DNA of 64,000 nt from Asterionella formosa. Its lineage: Eukaryota. Under the pieces are notes generated by a model, which made no database searches, was not told where the DNA came from, and saw only the letters and a list, made by a program, of their open reading frames with translations. The stretch is taken from contig NKIB01012918.1 of the NCBI GenBank assembly GCA_002256025.1, positions 1-64,000 on the forward strand. Reading direction: 5' to 3'. This document shows positions 1 through 11,952 of this stretch, in pieces. How positions within the stretch are numbered: the stretch's first letter is position 1; every line of letters begins with the position of its first letter. A program made the translations under genes and the position numbers.

Positions 1-1104
1 GTATGGATTGACATACTATTTAATCTTTGGGACCGTAAGGTGGCCATAAAATTTCCCGAATACGAAGATCGAAGATTTTGCCGCGATAGCTTCGCAATTT
101 TCGATCTTCGTATTTCGTGCACCGTAAGTTTCAGCCTAAATCCATGGGTCATGGCAGTTATTAACTAGTGACTGGCAAATTTTGTATAGGACGAGAAAAT
201 TTGATTTAGATGTCCTGAATCTTAGGTGCGGAATGACCTAGAATGACCCCCACGGTGGCTCCGGTGCTGCAGCGGTCATGTACTCCCCCTTCCATTTCTC
301 CTTGCTGCTTCACTAGCCGTTCTTCAGCTTCTCGAAGAACCCTTCTCCAGAAATGACTACGTAGAATTTCAAGAACTGAAATGGAACTTAACTTTGTCGG
401 TAGCCTTGTACCGACATTTGACTGTAGGAGGACAAGACATTTTCGCTTGGATGTCCTTATGTTAGATGCGGAATAAAAAACCTATAATGACGCCAAAAGG
501 CTGGCTGTGCACAGGGGTCATTTCCTCCTACCGGTACTCGCCTCATTGATTCACGAGCTGTTCTTCGAGCGTCTCGAAGAACCCTGTTCCATTCATACAT
601 GAACATGAGCTTTACGTCTCCCTTATTGGTAATAAATACCGGCAATATTCATATATTTTTAAATCAAGATATTTAGACTAATAATTTCATTAGTTTCCTT
701 CCTCTCCCTCCATCCTCCCAGTGCGACAGACAAATACCGGAACCAGTTTTGGCAATCTGAACCAATTGACAAGCACTTACAGTACTAGGTACCAGTACCG
801 GTATGTATCATATATCCAGGCTGTCGGTACAAAAAATATTTATTATATTTCTTGAATGGAACAAAACGGGTATGTATTAGTACCGTTACTATGCAGTTAC
901 GACTTTTTTCCTGTCTCTGCGCGTGGTATGATATTTTCAGAAACTATGAAAGAAAACAACCCGGGCACCATCCTTTAGTACAGTTTTATATACCGGAATG
1001 CTACAGTATTGGCCATTGTGTTCTCCAACAATCCAAGTCCCCATATGGATTATACCCCGGTTTACTCATTGACACTCTTAGTCATTCCTTTCCTTCGCTG
1101 AAAA

Positions 1105-2052
1105 ATGTCCGCCTTTTCCTTTACGGCTCCTCGGTTCACCGATGAAGATTCTATCAGAGAACAAGAGGAGCTGCCCGCTGCGGAAAGAGAACGGATTGAA
1201 GACGAGTGCTTTGGTCGTAATTTTGTCGCCATCGAAGAAACTCCTGAGCTCATCGAGACTGCGTTGTGTGAAATAGTAATTCATTTGCAAGGTATTGCAT
1301 GCAAGCCTGCGTACGACGAAGCCATGCGTCTAGTTCCTCATTTAGTTGAGCAAGAGAGTGCGCCCATTCGATTTCTTCGATGTGAACGATTTTGCGCCGC
1401 AAGGGCTGCCAAGAGACTTGTCAAGTATTGGGAGATGCGGTTAATACTCTTCGAAGAAAAGGCATTTCTACCCATGCGTCTTGACGGGGCCCTTCAAGGT
1501 GATATTGAAACCATGGCAATTGTTCCGGACCTTCACTTCATCACGGGAAAGGATGAACATGGTAGGCTTGTACTCTTCGGAAACAAGGCTCGCCTTGATT
1601 TCCATCGATACAGTCGTCGTTCTGTGAATCGTTGTGTTTGGTATCACATTCATATTAATACTGTGAATGACGTCGAAGCCCAGAAACGTGGAATGGTTGG
1701 AGTAGGCTTTTTTAGGATCAACTCTCCAAAACAATTTGACCGTATTAACCTCAAATGGTATATTGCTTTACTCCAAGAAGCCCTCCCTATCAAGTTAGTG
1801 TGTTGGCACATTTGTCATACACCGGAATTCTTCAAGGTTGTGTTTCCAATGATGAAATTTATGATGGGTAAAGAGCTCCGATTGCATTCCAAAATTCATC
1901 ATGGTGCCGAAGGCTCAGTGCTGGCAGATCTCGCCAGGTATGGAGTACAACGACACAATATCTTGAAGTGCATGGGAGGAACATTTGACCTGAACATTAA
2001 TGATTGGATAAATGAGCGACGGCGAATAGAAGTCTTCTTGCCAGCTTTATAA
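1105..2052 (+). CDS. CRAL-TRIO (Sec14-like) lipid-binding domain protein
   Basis: Single 315-aa ORF with 'RFLRCERF..ARAAKRLVKYWEMR' (CRAL-TRIO N-terminal), 'DEHGRLVLF' and 'ALPIKL..HICH.P.FF..VFPMMKFMMGKELR' ending 'MGG', typical of Sec14-type domains. Confidence 0.8.
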   Translation: MSAFSFTAPRFTDEDSIREQEELPAAERERIEDECFGRNFVAIEETPELIETALCEIVIHLQGIACKPAYDEAMRLVPHLVEQESAPIRFLRCERFCAARAAKRLVKYWEMRLILFEEKAFLPMRLDGALQGDIETMAIVPDLHFITGKDEHGRLVLFGNKARLDFHRYSRRSVNRCVWYHIHINTVNDVEAQKRGMVGVGFFRINSPKQFDRINLKWYIALLQEALPIKLVCWHICHTPEFFKVVFPMMKFMMGKELRLHSKIHHGAEGSVLADLARYGVQRHNILKCMGGTFDLNINDWINERRRIEVFLPAL

Positions 2053-2399
2053 TTACGAACCTTAAGGTTTCATGGAAATAGATTGAAAAATAGTGAACGT
2101 GGGTGAAGGACGAGAATCGTGGAACCGTGAAAAACGTTATATAACTTACTGTTTGATTTCACTTGTTATAATGCTTAGCTACATCAAGTAATATATAGTC
2201 TGATACATATATTATATGTAACTGATGAATCGTTTGATTAGGATAAGTATATGGGGGTATATGTAAGAGACAAGAAAAGCTTGTAAGTGGAAAAATAAAT
2301 TCAAAGCAAGGGAGTTATACGTTTCGACAAGGGAACGTAATGCCATGATAGTAAATACAAGACTTGCACATACTGCTGCTGTCAGCAACGAGAGACCAT

Positions 2400-2960
2400 T
2401 GAGCTGTGTGTGGTGATGTTGATTATGCTCATTTCGTGTTGTGTCCCTCTTGTGTAGAGGAAAAGGTGCAATGGTAAAAGCTGATTGAAAATGTGGCATT
2501 CAACAAGTGCAGCTCTTTCAATCCATGTTCTCTGGATCAGGAAGCTGTGCTGGTGCAGTAACACATCAATTGTCCAACCCCACCAGGAGAACGGAAAGGA
2601 GGGCAGTCGCCAACAGCTGCATAACCCACTTTTGACAGTGATGATGCATCCACGGAGGTTTCCAACAAAATGCTGGGGAGCAGGGCACCAGGCAGCCAAA
2701 CTCAAGTGGATCACTATGGCACCAGCCACTAAGGAGGACTTTCCTGGCATCTACACAGCACTTGTAGAAGACAGGACATTCTTGCAAAGTGCCTATATTG
2801 CAAATTACCTTGAAGTTTGGGGCATGACCACAAGAACCTCATCATCATCTGGATCATGGCTCAGGATGTCAGGGTCACTGCTCTGTGCTGCTCAGCAAAC
2901 AACAGCTAGACACAGCCCTTGCCTGGGACCAACTAGGAGCCAAGAATGCTACCGGTAGTA
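2400..2960. mobile_element. CpG-depleted degenerate sequence, probable TE relic (unclassified)
   Basis: GC-richer stretch almost devoid of CG but rich in CA/TG, with no convincing protein similarity recognised. Confidence 0.3.
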
Positions 2961-3163
2961 TTATAAGCATCACAGAGATCCAAGCTGGTGCTGACAAACT
3001 CACAATAGTCCTACTCTACCCTAGCTATCCCTGACTTTTTATTTTAAAAGCGCACATCATTAGGAAGGATGTGCTTTTAGTACCAGGAACCTTGGATTCC
3101 TTTTTACATGTACACTTTCAGAAAATGACAAATTAAAAAAGTTTTTAGCCAATTATAATTTGT

Positions 3164-5633
3164 TCAAAGGGGGTATGAAGACTTTGCAATTTCGACTTCA
3201 TAACCACATGATTCAAACACATCATCATTTTCATCCCACGGCCCATTTGAAATGGATTCAGAGGGCTTGCTTCTCCTCCAAGGACCATCCAAAGAGGTGG
3301 AATTTTCCTTGACCAACTTAATGGGCTTTTTGTATTCATCATTCACTGGCCGGCCATTACTATTACTTGTAATGTTGTCAACTCCCACTGACGTCGTGGG
3401 TGTGGAAAGTTCCAGAAGGGACGCTGGTGCATCCATGCGGGATATCTTCCCGAGATCCTTGACATTGGCACAACCGGTTGCATCCCGACAAAGTGGGCAG
3501 CTTAAAATGTCATGTTTGATTAATTCACCACTGGTTTTGCGCATGGAAGTAAGCTTGTGTATTGGGTGTTCTCGCAGTGGCGCGTTGGGTGTCGACTTGC
3601 ACGGCAAACAAAGTAACAATGAAGAGGGATGTCCTTCATTGACACCACCCCCAAACAGCATCCACTTTAACGTACCAAGCTCAATTTCGTCGGCGATCTG
3701 TTGGTCTTCTGTATCGATCCCTGCGGAGCCTTGTGTACCTATAGAAGCTTGAGCCCACAAAGAATGGACCATTTCCACCACTTTGCTACCTTCGCCTCCT
3801 TTTATCAGTGCAAGGGCTTGCAACACGGCCACAATTCTGGTTTTAGAAATCAAGATTTTATCTTCTCTGCTTGGATTGACTGGTGCATTCAAATTCATGA
3901 GTCGACTATCCGAGATTGTTAAGGCCGAAGGTGGCGATCCCAACAAACAAAAGCCAAGAATAGCTTGATACATCACTTTTTCTGTAGGAAAAGTTCCTGG
4001 GATAGGTCGCCGACCAATCAGTGGCTCGTCGAGTTTGGTCTTAAGATTCTTCAATTCTTGCAATGTATTTTCTCGGTCGAATTTACCGTGTGCTAACCCT
4101 TGAATCAATGATTCCAGGTCAGCAGTATATACTGTAGTAAAGACTGATCTAGAGACGTCGTTAACGTCTAGAGTCCAGATGTCATCTGTTGCTGCCGTTT
4201 TCCCTCGTGTAGTCAAATAAGTTTCTTGAATTGTTGCTCCATTTGAATCCGGTCTTTCAAATACTCGATGCCATAATTGCAAGGCCTTGATTACATCCTC
4301 TCCTCGTCGCCTCATCTTTCGTAATATCGGATTAATAACCAATTCCCGACTCAATGGTGTCGGGATTGTCAATAATTTGCCATCCTTAGGGATCGTGCGT
4401 CGATGTTGTGAAATAAATAAGTGAGACGCTGTTTCGAAAAATACTGAAGGAGGCATCTTGTTCCAATTCGATGTCTCTCCAGCCGAAGGGAGGAATTGTC
4501 GATTGACAAGCTCAGCTGTATATTCATGACCGGGAAATATCAAAACATGGTTCTTGACTTGCAAGTCACCAATGGCTCTGACCATGACTTCGGCAAAACA
4601 TCGCTCGATTGCATTGCTGCCGGCCGATGCCCGAACTAATGATGCTGTCGTTTTGTTGGCATGCTTCAAGTCTGATTGAGTTTGTATATCCGCTTCAAAG
4701 GGCACACCGCCACCACCCGAAAATATGGTATCACCGGTAAAACAGAATGACACGGGGTCACCAACCTTGGATCGCATAACATAGGTCACACTACCACGAG
4801 TATGTCCAGGAGTAGCAACAACTTCTACCTCAATGTATTTGTTCATATCATTTCCTTCCAACTGGGGCAAATGCAATTTGTCCCCGTTCGCAACCATGGT
4901 AGTGCAGTGTGGAACTCGCTCAACGGCCCCGCCGTAAATGTGAGCAATTGCTTGACCAAAAATTTCATCCTCCAACATGTTTTTGATGCCTGCCGTATGA
5001 TCATGGTGCTTATGTGTTGCCAAGATAGCCTGCAACTCAATTGTATGGTCCCGATAGTGCAAATCCTGAATGTCCAAAATAATATTGTGTGTGGCTTGGG
5101 CATCACCACAATCAACCAAAAAGGCCACGATTTTCGTGGCTTTAGTATCTGGAACGCAAACGACGAGGTATCCGAGATTATCTAATAGTTGCGGAACTGG
5201 ATGGCAAAATATTGTTCCCTTGACCATTTCGACACGTTGTTCCAGGCACCGAGAGTGATTTTCGTCCTTGCCTTTCTTGGAAGATACTTTCAAGAGGTAG
5301 AAATGAGCCCATCGTGCGATGGCAGTTGGGTAAAGGAATTCTGCCAGTAAAGGAATAAGGATATTTTGAAGTGAATTTGGCGACATATCAGTTAAGTGCA
5401 TCGCGTTTTCCTAACCACAGCTTACCTACAAACCACTGTGTCCTGGCCAAGAGGGGTGAAAGTAGGAAGCCAATTAGGAACTCTGGCAACTTGAAGATCA
5501 GCGTCACCAAGGAAAACAGGCAAAATACAAACAGCATGAAACCAGAGACGGGGCTCATTAAGCAAGGATTGTGGCGAAGAGAACGCAGGAATTGAGGATC
5601 ATCGTGGCCATGACTACTACTTATCGCCGTCAT
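3164..5633 (-). CDS. Metallo-beta-lactamase / hydroxyacylglutathione hydrolase (glyoxalase II)-like protein with N-terminal TM segment and long C-terminal extension; 2 exons (5633-5426, 5340-3164)
   Basis: Motifs DNLGYL, THKHHDHTAG, TPGHTRGS, FTGDTIFSGGGG and FPGHEYT. An 85-nt GT..AG intron at 5341-5425 joins the hydrophobic 5' ORF in frame (..QWFV-E-FLYP..). The start codon is inferred. Confidence 0.85.
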
Positions 5634-6327
5634 TTCGCTCTCTAGCAAAGGAGAAGCCTCGTCGAGTTTACCGCGGAGAGCTTGGCTTGACAGCGCAATG
5701 GTGGCTGTTGAGTGATTAACCGTAATGCGAGATGTCAACTTAAATCTGGACGAATATACGGGTATTCCTTTTGTTGCTGTTGTCCTTTATATGCAAGCCT
5801 GCAAGTTGCGGCATTTGTTCTGAAATTGATAAAATGACGCAGGACAGGCGTTTCAATATATGGAAAACGTCATCAGTTCACTCTGTAAAATCGTCTGTGG
5901 ATATGATCACCACTTGGTGATATAGGTTTTATCCTAGCCACAAACTTACTGATTACCGGTATATTCTTCAGAACAGGGAAACATCAAGAAAACACAACAA
6001 TGAAAGGAGCAATAGAGGGGCGGCACACAGCAAAAGTAAGCAAATCTTGCTTACCGGTACTTTGCAATATTCTCTAAAATCTCAAATCGTTCTCCTTTTC
6101 CACCTGGCTGAGGAAGTGAAGAGAACATAACTAACAGTTTCAAAGTCGTTGAGATTGGAATTTTGTAACTGCCAGCATCATTATACCAACAACCTGATAT
6201 AACTATTTTAAACTATGTACAGTATTTACAGTACATACACATGTTACCAGGCTACTGGTTATAGTTACTGTCGACTACATAATGAAGATAACACATCTTA
6301 GCTAGTATAACAGTACCTGGGTACTCA

Positions 6328-6476
6328 TTAAGGTTGCGGCCCCGCAGTTACACATTGTGAGGTCCGTTTTTTCCCAAAACCTTAATCCACACATTACGAA
6401 TAAGTAGTTAAAGGTAAAATTAGCTTTCACCAAAAACGACCACTTTGCACATGCTTAGATACAGTCATGGGTCGAT
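6328..6476 (+). mobile_element. Terminus of an unclassified DNA-transposon family (TTAA|GGTTGCGGCCCC...)
   Basis: Reverse complement aligns with 58938-59108. The sub-terminal motif (AGCTTTCACCAA..CTTT.CA..TGCTTAGA.ACAGTCAT) also occurs reverse-complemented at ~34472-34520 and ~35856-35905. Confidence 0.65.
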
Positions 6477-6647
6477 TTCTGGTAAGTGGAGCATGCTAAA
6501 ATGGGACTGCAGTTTTCAGATATGAACAAAACATGGCTAACGAGCGAGAAATTCCTTCTCATTATTAGTATGATTAGGAAATTGAAATGGATAAAACAGG
6601 AACGAAATAGCGCATGCGAATTCAGAATCGGATCAAAAGGGAATAAG

Positions 6648-6810
6648 GGCAGCGGGAGGCATGGGGGAGGCAATGCATCCTAAAGAGAATTGAAGGGAAG
6701 CGGGAGGCATGTATCAAGAGCATTGAAGGGAGGCGGGGGAGGCATGGGAGGCATGCATCCTCATGAGCATTGAAGAAGGGAGGCGGGAGGCATGCATCAA
6801 GAGCATTGAG
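6648..6810. repeat. Degenerate purine-rich ~33-40-bp tandem repeat (GAGCATTGAAGGGAGGCGGGAGGCATGCATC)
   Basis: About 4 imperfect copies visible directly. Confidence 0.8.
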
Positions 6811-7084
6811 ACAATAGAAAAGGGGAACGTTAGCTGTTTAAGCAACTGCACAAATTGTAGAAACATAAAAATGATTTCGTGATATAACAGTAAAATTCCA
6901 ATCCATTTCAACCATTTTTAACAGCTATTTCGATTAAAGTTACCATCATATAAGGATATATATGATAAAAGAATGTACAGAATAGGATAATGTTTTGATA
7001 ATTATATGGTGGTTAATTATGAGTAAGCTTAGCCTGTTCACTTTCATAGTATGCATCTATCATACATATAACGAAATATGTATC

Positions 7085-7162
7085 ATGCACAGAAAAATTC
7101 TGTGCCAGTAATCGTATGATACCCCTGATCTTATAAGTACGATATTTTTCATTTGCAGACGT
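7085..7162 (+). repeat. Dispersed internal repeat motif (..TGCCA.T..CGTATGATACCC.TGATC.TATA..), copy 1
   Basis: Similar to 54500-54570 (+) and 32468-32540 (-). Confidence 0.6.
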
Positions 7163-8409
7163 GCATTGTTTCTGTAGGTTATCTAATCACAATTTTTTAA
7201 AACTTCATTATCATAAATCGACAACAACAAAGCGAACCAGAAGCCACTTCTGGTACCCTAAAAGAGCTATCAGCTTGAATTGAGAAGCAATACCCAACAA
7301 GTGGACAACAGGAATGATCAAACTGCGCTTGTTGTCTTGGTTGGTTGCTTCATTCTGATATGTTCTGTTAATTGATATTTGGTCGCTTCCGTGCAATCAC
7401 GATAATACCAATAATCAAATTATAATTTGTTTTCCATATAGAACATCTTGACAAGAATGGTATATCTTACTCACAATCCAAATATCCAAGGAGTCACCAT
7501 CACATTTGTTCCTTTCAGCTATAGCTGCAATTTTCCTAGCTAATGTCTCAAAACGATTCCCAAGCAGTGGTACGTTCTGTTGATTGTTGCGTATGATTGC
7601 TTCCATTCATCTTCTCTGAAACTTAATAAGTTACTCCCACTCACATTGTCGAACAAAAATCGCCAAGTCGGATTTGTTCTTTCCACCAGCAAAAGCAGCA
7701 ACTGAATGATTTCCAGAACAACATTGGAATCATTATGATCTACATCATTTGCTCCAACAATATGACTTGCAATGTACCATGTACCAACGCAATTGATAAG
7801 GCAGGTTGATTGTCATCTCAATTACATTTCTTCTTTAGCTAGTGAACCTACTGTAATCATATAAACTGACTTCATCACTGCATACAATCGCATTTTCTAC
7901 CATTCCTTGAAACTTCAGCCATCCAGGCAGTTTGTCTTTTCCATTCTCCTACTATAATATACTACTGACATCACATCACACCACACCAATGCCACTAAGT
8001 TTACAATCACGCCGGTGCTCCTTCCTTCCTCAACAACCACCACCACAAGTCACAGTTCTTCCAGCACCATTGCCTCCCAAGCCGATTTAACTATCCGTTG
8101 CTGCTTCGACTGGCTGGCCTGATTGAACATTTCATTTATTTCGCTTTGACGACATGAAAGAAGTGAAAGTTCACAATTGTTGATGAACATGTATTGGCGA
8201 TTTTTCACACGAATTTTCCACAAACTTATTTCTTTTTCACAATTTATTCTACTCCCTGCTTTTCATTCACTCTTCTTCTTATCTTTTGATTTCCGTTTCA
8301 TACTTTGGTTGCTGAAAAACATCATCTAGAAGTTTCTCGATGCTTGTTACAATCATTCTTTTGTGATCATTTTTCTTATCATCAGCGATTCTGCATCGAG
8401 ATTCCAAAG

Positions 8410-9463
8410 GAGGCCCTTCATTGAGCATTGGGATTACCGATCAGTGATTGGCAAACTAAACTTCTTGGATAAGTCTACAAGGCCTGACATCTCATGTGCA
8501 GTGCACTGCTGTGCTCGTTTTGCCGCCTATCCTCGTGCCTACCATGCAGCCGCTGTCCGCCAAATTGTTCGCTTTCGAATAGAATCCATAATGCAAGATC
8601 TGAGCCTCAACCCTAGGGTGACTCACGGCAAGCGAGCATGAATTTCTGGTTTGGGCAGCCAGATAACGATTCCTGCGGGGGATGGAACAAAGAGACGTCT
8701 GCAACAGAAGTTCTCATGACAGCGAAGTCTAGGTCGGAATACACTATCACCTACGTTGATTGTCCCCCCATCATGTGGGCGTCAAAGTTAAAATGGAAGT
8801 TGCATTGTCCAATACAGAAGCTGAGTACATTTGCATAAGCCAAGCATTGCGCAATACAATTCCACTTATGAATTTATTGAAACAGATTCAGCAAAAGATG
8901 GATCAGGCTGTGCATCAGGCAACACTGAATGTGCGTTTTACCCTCTTCAAGGATAATTCAGGAGCATTGGATATTGCGCGCACTCCAAAAATGCGACCCC
9001 GCACTAAACATGTAAACAAAATTTATCATCACTTTCAGGAGTACATATGTTGTCACTTGATACACATTGAATTTGTGAGTACTCAGGATCAGGTGGCCGA
9101 TATTTTTACAAAACCTCTTCCATTGGCTTTGTTCCGGAAGTATCTCATGAAATTGTAGAAATGGTGATGATTAGTCAGCAACCCTTTTCATTCAGGTTGA
9201 ATGAAGGAGTGTGAGAATATGAGAGTGATTCACACCTTAAGAAACATGATTATAACATCATGGTGTGGTGGTGAGATTCACACAGATCACAGAGTAGTGA
9301 TTTGAGTTTCATGTCCTGGCTTGTTGTTTTCAGTTGGAAACCATATTAGTATGGAGCCATGAATGACTGGTGCACAAGCATTGCAAGTTGAGGGATTGAA
9401 AAAATGTGGAGTATATTGCTGTTTCACTGTTTCATGGTCATCTATCATGATTTAGTGCTCACA
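8410..9463 (+). mobile_element. 5'-truncated Ty1/copia retrotransposon relic: RT C-terminus, RNase H, PPT and 3' LTR
   Basis: YRSVIGKLNFL..TRPDISCAV (RT) and ALSNTEAEYI..DNSGA..RTKHV..QVADIFTKPL (RNase H), with frameshifts. PPT GAATGAAGGAG is followed by an LTR TGTGAG(9210)...CTCACA(9463). Confidence 0.9.
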
Positions 9464-9987
9464 ATAAAAATAGATTAGAATCTGTTTGCTAAGAAAAGAT
9501 AGCTATTGTCTTGATTTGCTCAAGCCCCAACTAGGTAGCTAAAGTGAATAGCAATAACGGCTTTTTGAAAAACACGCAATTTTCCGTGTTGACTTTTTTA
9601 GTCACGGAAAACGTCGAAAATTTCCTCGATACACGGCTGTTTTGTGCAAATAAATCTACCGGTATAGCACCTGGTACCTGGTACCTGGTACTCCACCAGG
9701 CAGCGCCCGCGCCCATTTGCTTTTGCTTGGGTAAAAATTGCGGGATGGAAATTTGAATTATGCCATAAAATTATTGCATATTATTTTTAGTATGATATAT
9801 ACATGCAAGTTGTACAGTATCAATCAGCATTTGACATTAAGTACCTGGTACTCGGAGGACTGTAGCGTATTAACATTTGTTGTTTCGCCTCTTTTGCTTC
9901 TTGCTGTTGGGAACCATAAGGAGCAGCGCTGCAATCGATAAATATTCAAAGAAATTTCCATATCATCAGTCAAACATTGACGACAGC

Positions 9988-11075
9988 ATGTCCTACGGTA
10001 AGCCTAAGGTTGCATTCCTATCCTGTTTCTCAGACTCAGTTGCTTGGCTCGTAGAAACATGCCACGCTCCCTCGTAGGTGTTTTGGCGCGCCATTTCTGT
10101 GCTCACCATTAGCTTTTTTGTTTCTCTGGCGTCCTGTCCATATACGTTAGGAATGGATTATCAAGGTGGCGGAGAATCTGGCGGTTTCAGCACCAATAGT
10201 GGCTACAACAATGTCAGCTCGCAAGGCGGTGGAAAAGGCGGCGGAAACCGCAAATCCTACGACGAACAAACGCTAATTCCCATCACTGCTAAAATGCTCC
10301 TGTCAACTGTTACCAACTCGGAAGGGGCTCTTGTACTGGCCGACGGCCGCGAACTGCACCAAGTCAAGTTGGTTGGTGCCGTACGATCGGCCGCTGATAA
10401 CTCGACTAATATCACATACGAAGTGGAAGATGGGACAGGTTTGGTTGAAATCAAGCAATGGAACGATGACAATGATTGCCAAGCTTTGGCGGAAATGAGA
10501 GCTCTCTGTGCCCAAGACCACGTGTATATCAAGTGCGTCGGACAGATCAAGGATTACGATGGAAAGAAGACCTTGGTAGCCGACCGCGTTCGCATTGTTA
10601 ATAGTCTCGATGAGGTTACCCATCACTATTTGGAAGTTGTTTATTCGGCGGAAAAGAGTAAGCGCGCCGATAGCTTTGTAGGTGCAGTGGCCCCTTTCAG
10701 TATGCGTTCCGGTGTAGGATTCGGCGGAGCCCCCGTCGCTCAGGCTGGCGGACAGGGAGGTGATACTTTGAAGGATCAAGTCTTGAACTTTATTAAGGAA
10801 TATGGTGGTGAGTAGTTTTTGTGATTGGTTTGTGACATTTTTCTCAAGTGTCAAATGATATTGTGTATTTTCGTCCATTTGTATCTAACAACTTGATTGT
10901 TTCGAAATAAACAGAACATGTTGAGGTCGGGGCCAACATTTCACAATGTATTCAGAAGTTGACGATCATGGGGAAGTTCAACGAAGGTCAAATTCGCAAT
11001 GCCATTGAAGATTTGGCCAGTGAAGGGCACATTTACTCGACGATCAATGAAGATAACTACAAGTTTGCAATGTAA
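9988..11075 (+). CDS. RPA2: Replication protein A 32-kDa subunit; 3 exons (9988-9997, 10151-10807, 10915-11075)
   Basis: OB fold (QTLIPIT..VKLVGAV..YEVEDGTG..DEVTHHYLEVV) and C-terminal winged helix (EGHIYSTINEDNYK). Canonical GT-AG introns keep the frame. Confidence 0.93.
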
Positions 11076-11181
11076 ATACGTTATCATGCAATGCGTGGAA
11101 TTGGGGTGACAGAAATAGGAGTACTTATCGATGCAATGAATGGAAGTGCTTATCAATAATATTGATAAATGTGTTCTACTT

Positions 11182-11952
11182 TTAGTTGCTTTTGTTAACA
11201 TTTATCGTTTTTATCTGCTGTTTTATAGCTTGCACAATAGTGTCGCTTCCAGCTAAGGCTCCCATTCCAACTTCCCCGCATGCCAATATCTTGACTGTCG
11301 GTGGTATTATCTCAAACTGCGTAGGATCCTTCCAAAAGGTAGCAATGATATTCAACTGTATCAGTGTCAATGGATGCTCATACATGGCTGTGTTCATGGC
11401 AGGCGCCACAATGCATGGTTTCCCTGGTCGAAGTCCGTGTCCCAGATCCCAGGCCCGAAGGACACACGACAATGTATCGTCACACAAGCCATTGGCTATC
11501 TTGGCAAGACTATGAGCTGAAAGCGGAGCAATGAGTACAATGTCTGCCCAGTCGCGAAGTTCGATATGAAACACTTGATCACCTAGCACATTCCATGACT
11601 TCCATTCTTCGTCGGGGGCTGCGATATCATGTGTACAAGTCACGTCCGTTAGCAGAATTATCGAATGAGGATAAAATAATATTCTTTGGCAATATTCGTA
11701 GTCCTCACCATAGACACGAATCGTGGATATTTCAGCGGGTTCGTTTTCGATTTCGTCTTGCAGTAACTTCCAATTCAGTGGATCATAGTCCTTTGCCTTG
11801 TTCCAAAAGTTGTCACCTCCCTTGGTTAGTATGATTTTGACCTCTGCATCTAAGTGTTTCACGAGTTTCAAAGCAATTTCTGGAGCCTTGACGGCAGCCA
11901 CCGATCCAGTAACTCCAAAGAGTATGCGAGGGCGACGGGGAGTAGTCGTCAT
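11182..11952 (-). CDS. PPCDC: Phosphopantothenoylcysteine decarboxylase (HFCD flavoprotein); probable 90-nt intron 11619-11708
   Basis: ILFGVTGSVAAVK, HIELRDWAD..IAPLSAHSLAKIANGLCD, APAMNTAMYEHP and LACGEVGMGA. Confidence 0.92.
   Translation of the reverse strand: MTTTPRRPRILFGVTGSVAAVKAPEIALKLVKHLDAEVKIILTKGGDNFWNKAKDYDPLNWKLLQDEIENEPAEISTIRVYGEDYEYCQRILFYPHSIILLTDVTCTHDIAAPDEEWKSWNVLGDQVFHIELRDWADIVLIAPLSAHSLAKIANGLCDDTLSCVLRAWDLGHGLRPGKPCIVAPAMNTAMYEHPLTLIQLNIIATFWKDPTQFEIIPPTVKILACGEVGMGALAGSDTIVQAIKQQIKTINVNKSN

Noticed and set aside
3252..5258. Antisense and overlapping ORFs inside long genes (also at 10257-10878, 15456-16008, 37123-37727, 40319-41671, 61959-62988)
   Set aside because: These are shadow ORFs of well-supported CDSs with no recognisable motifs
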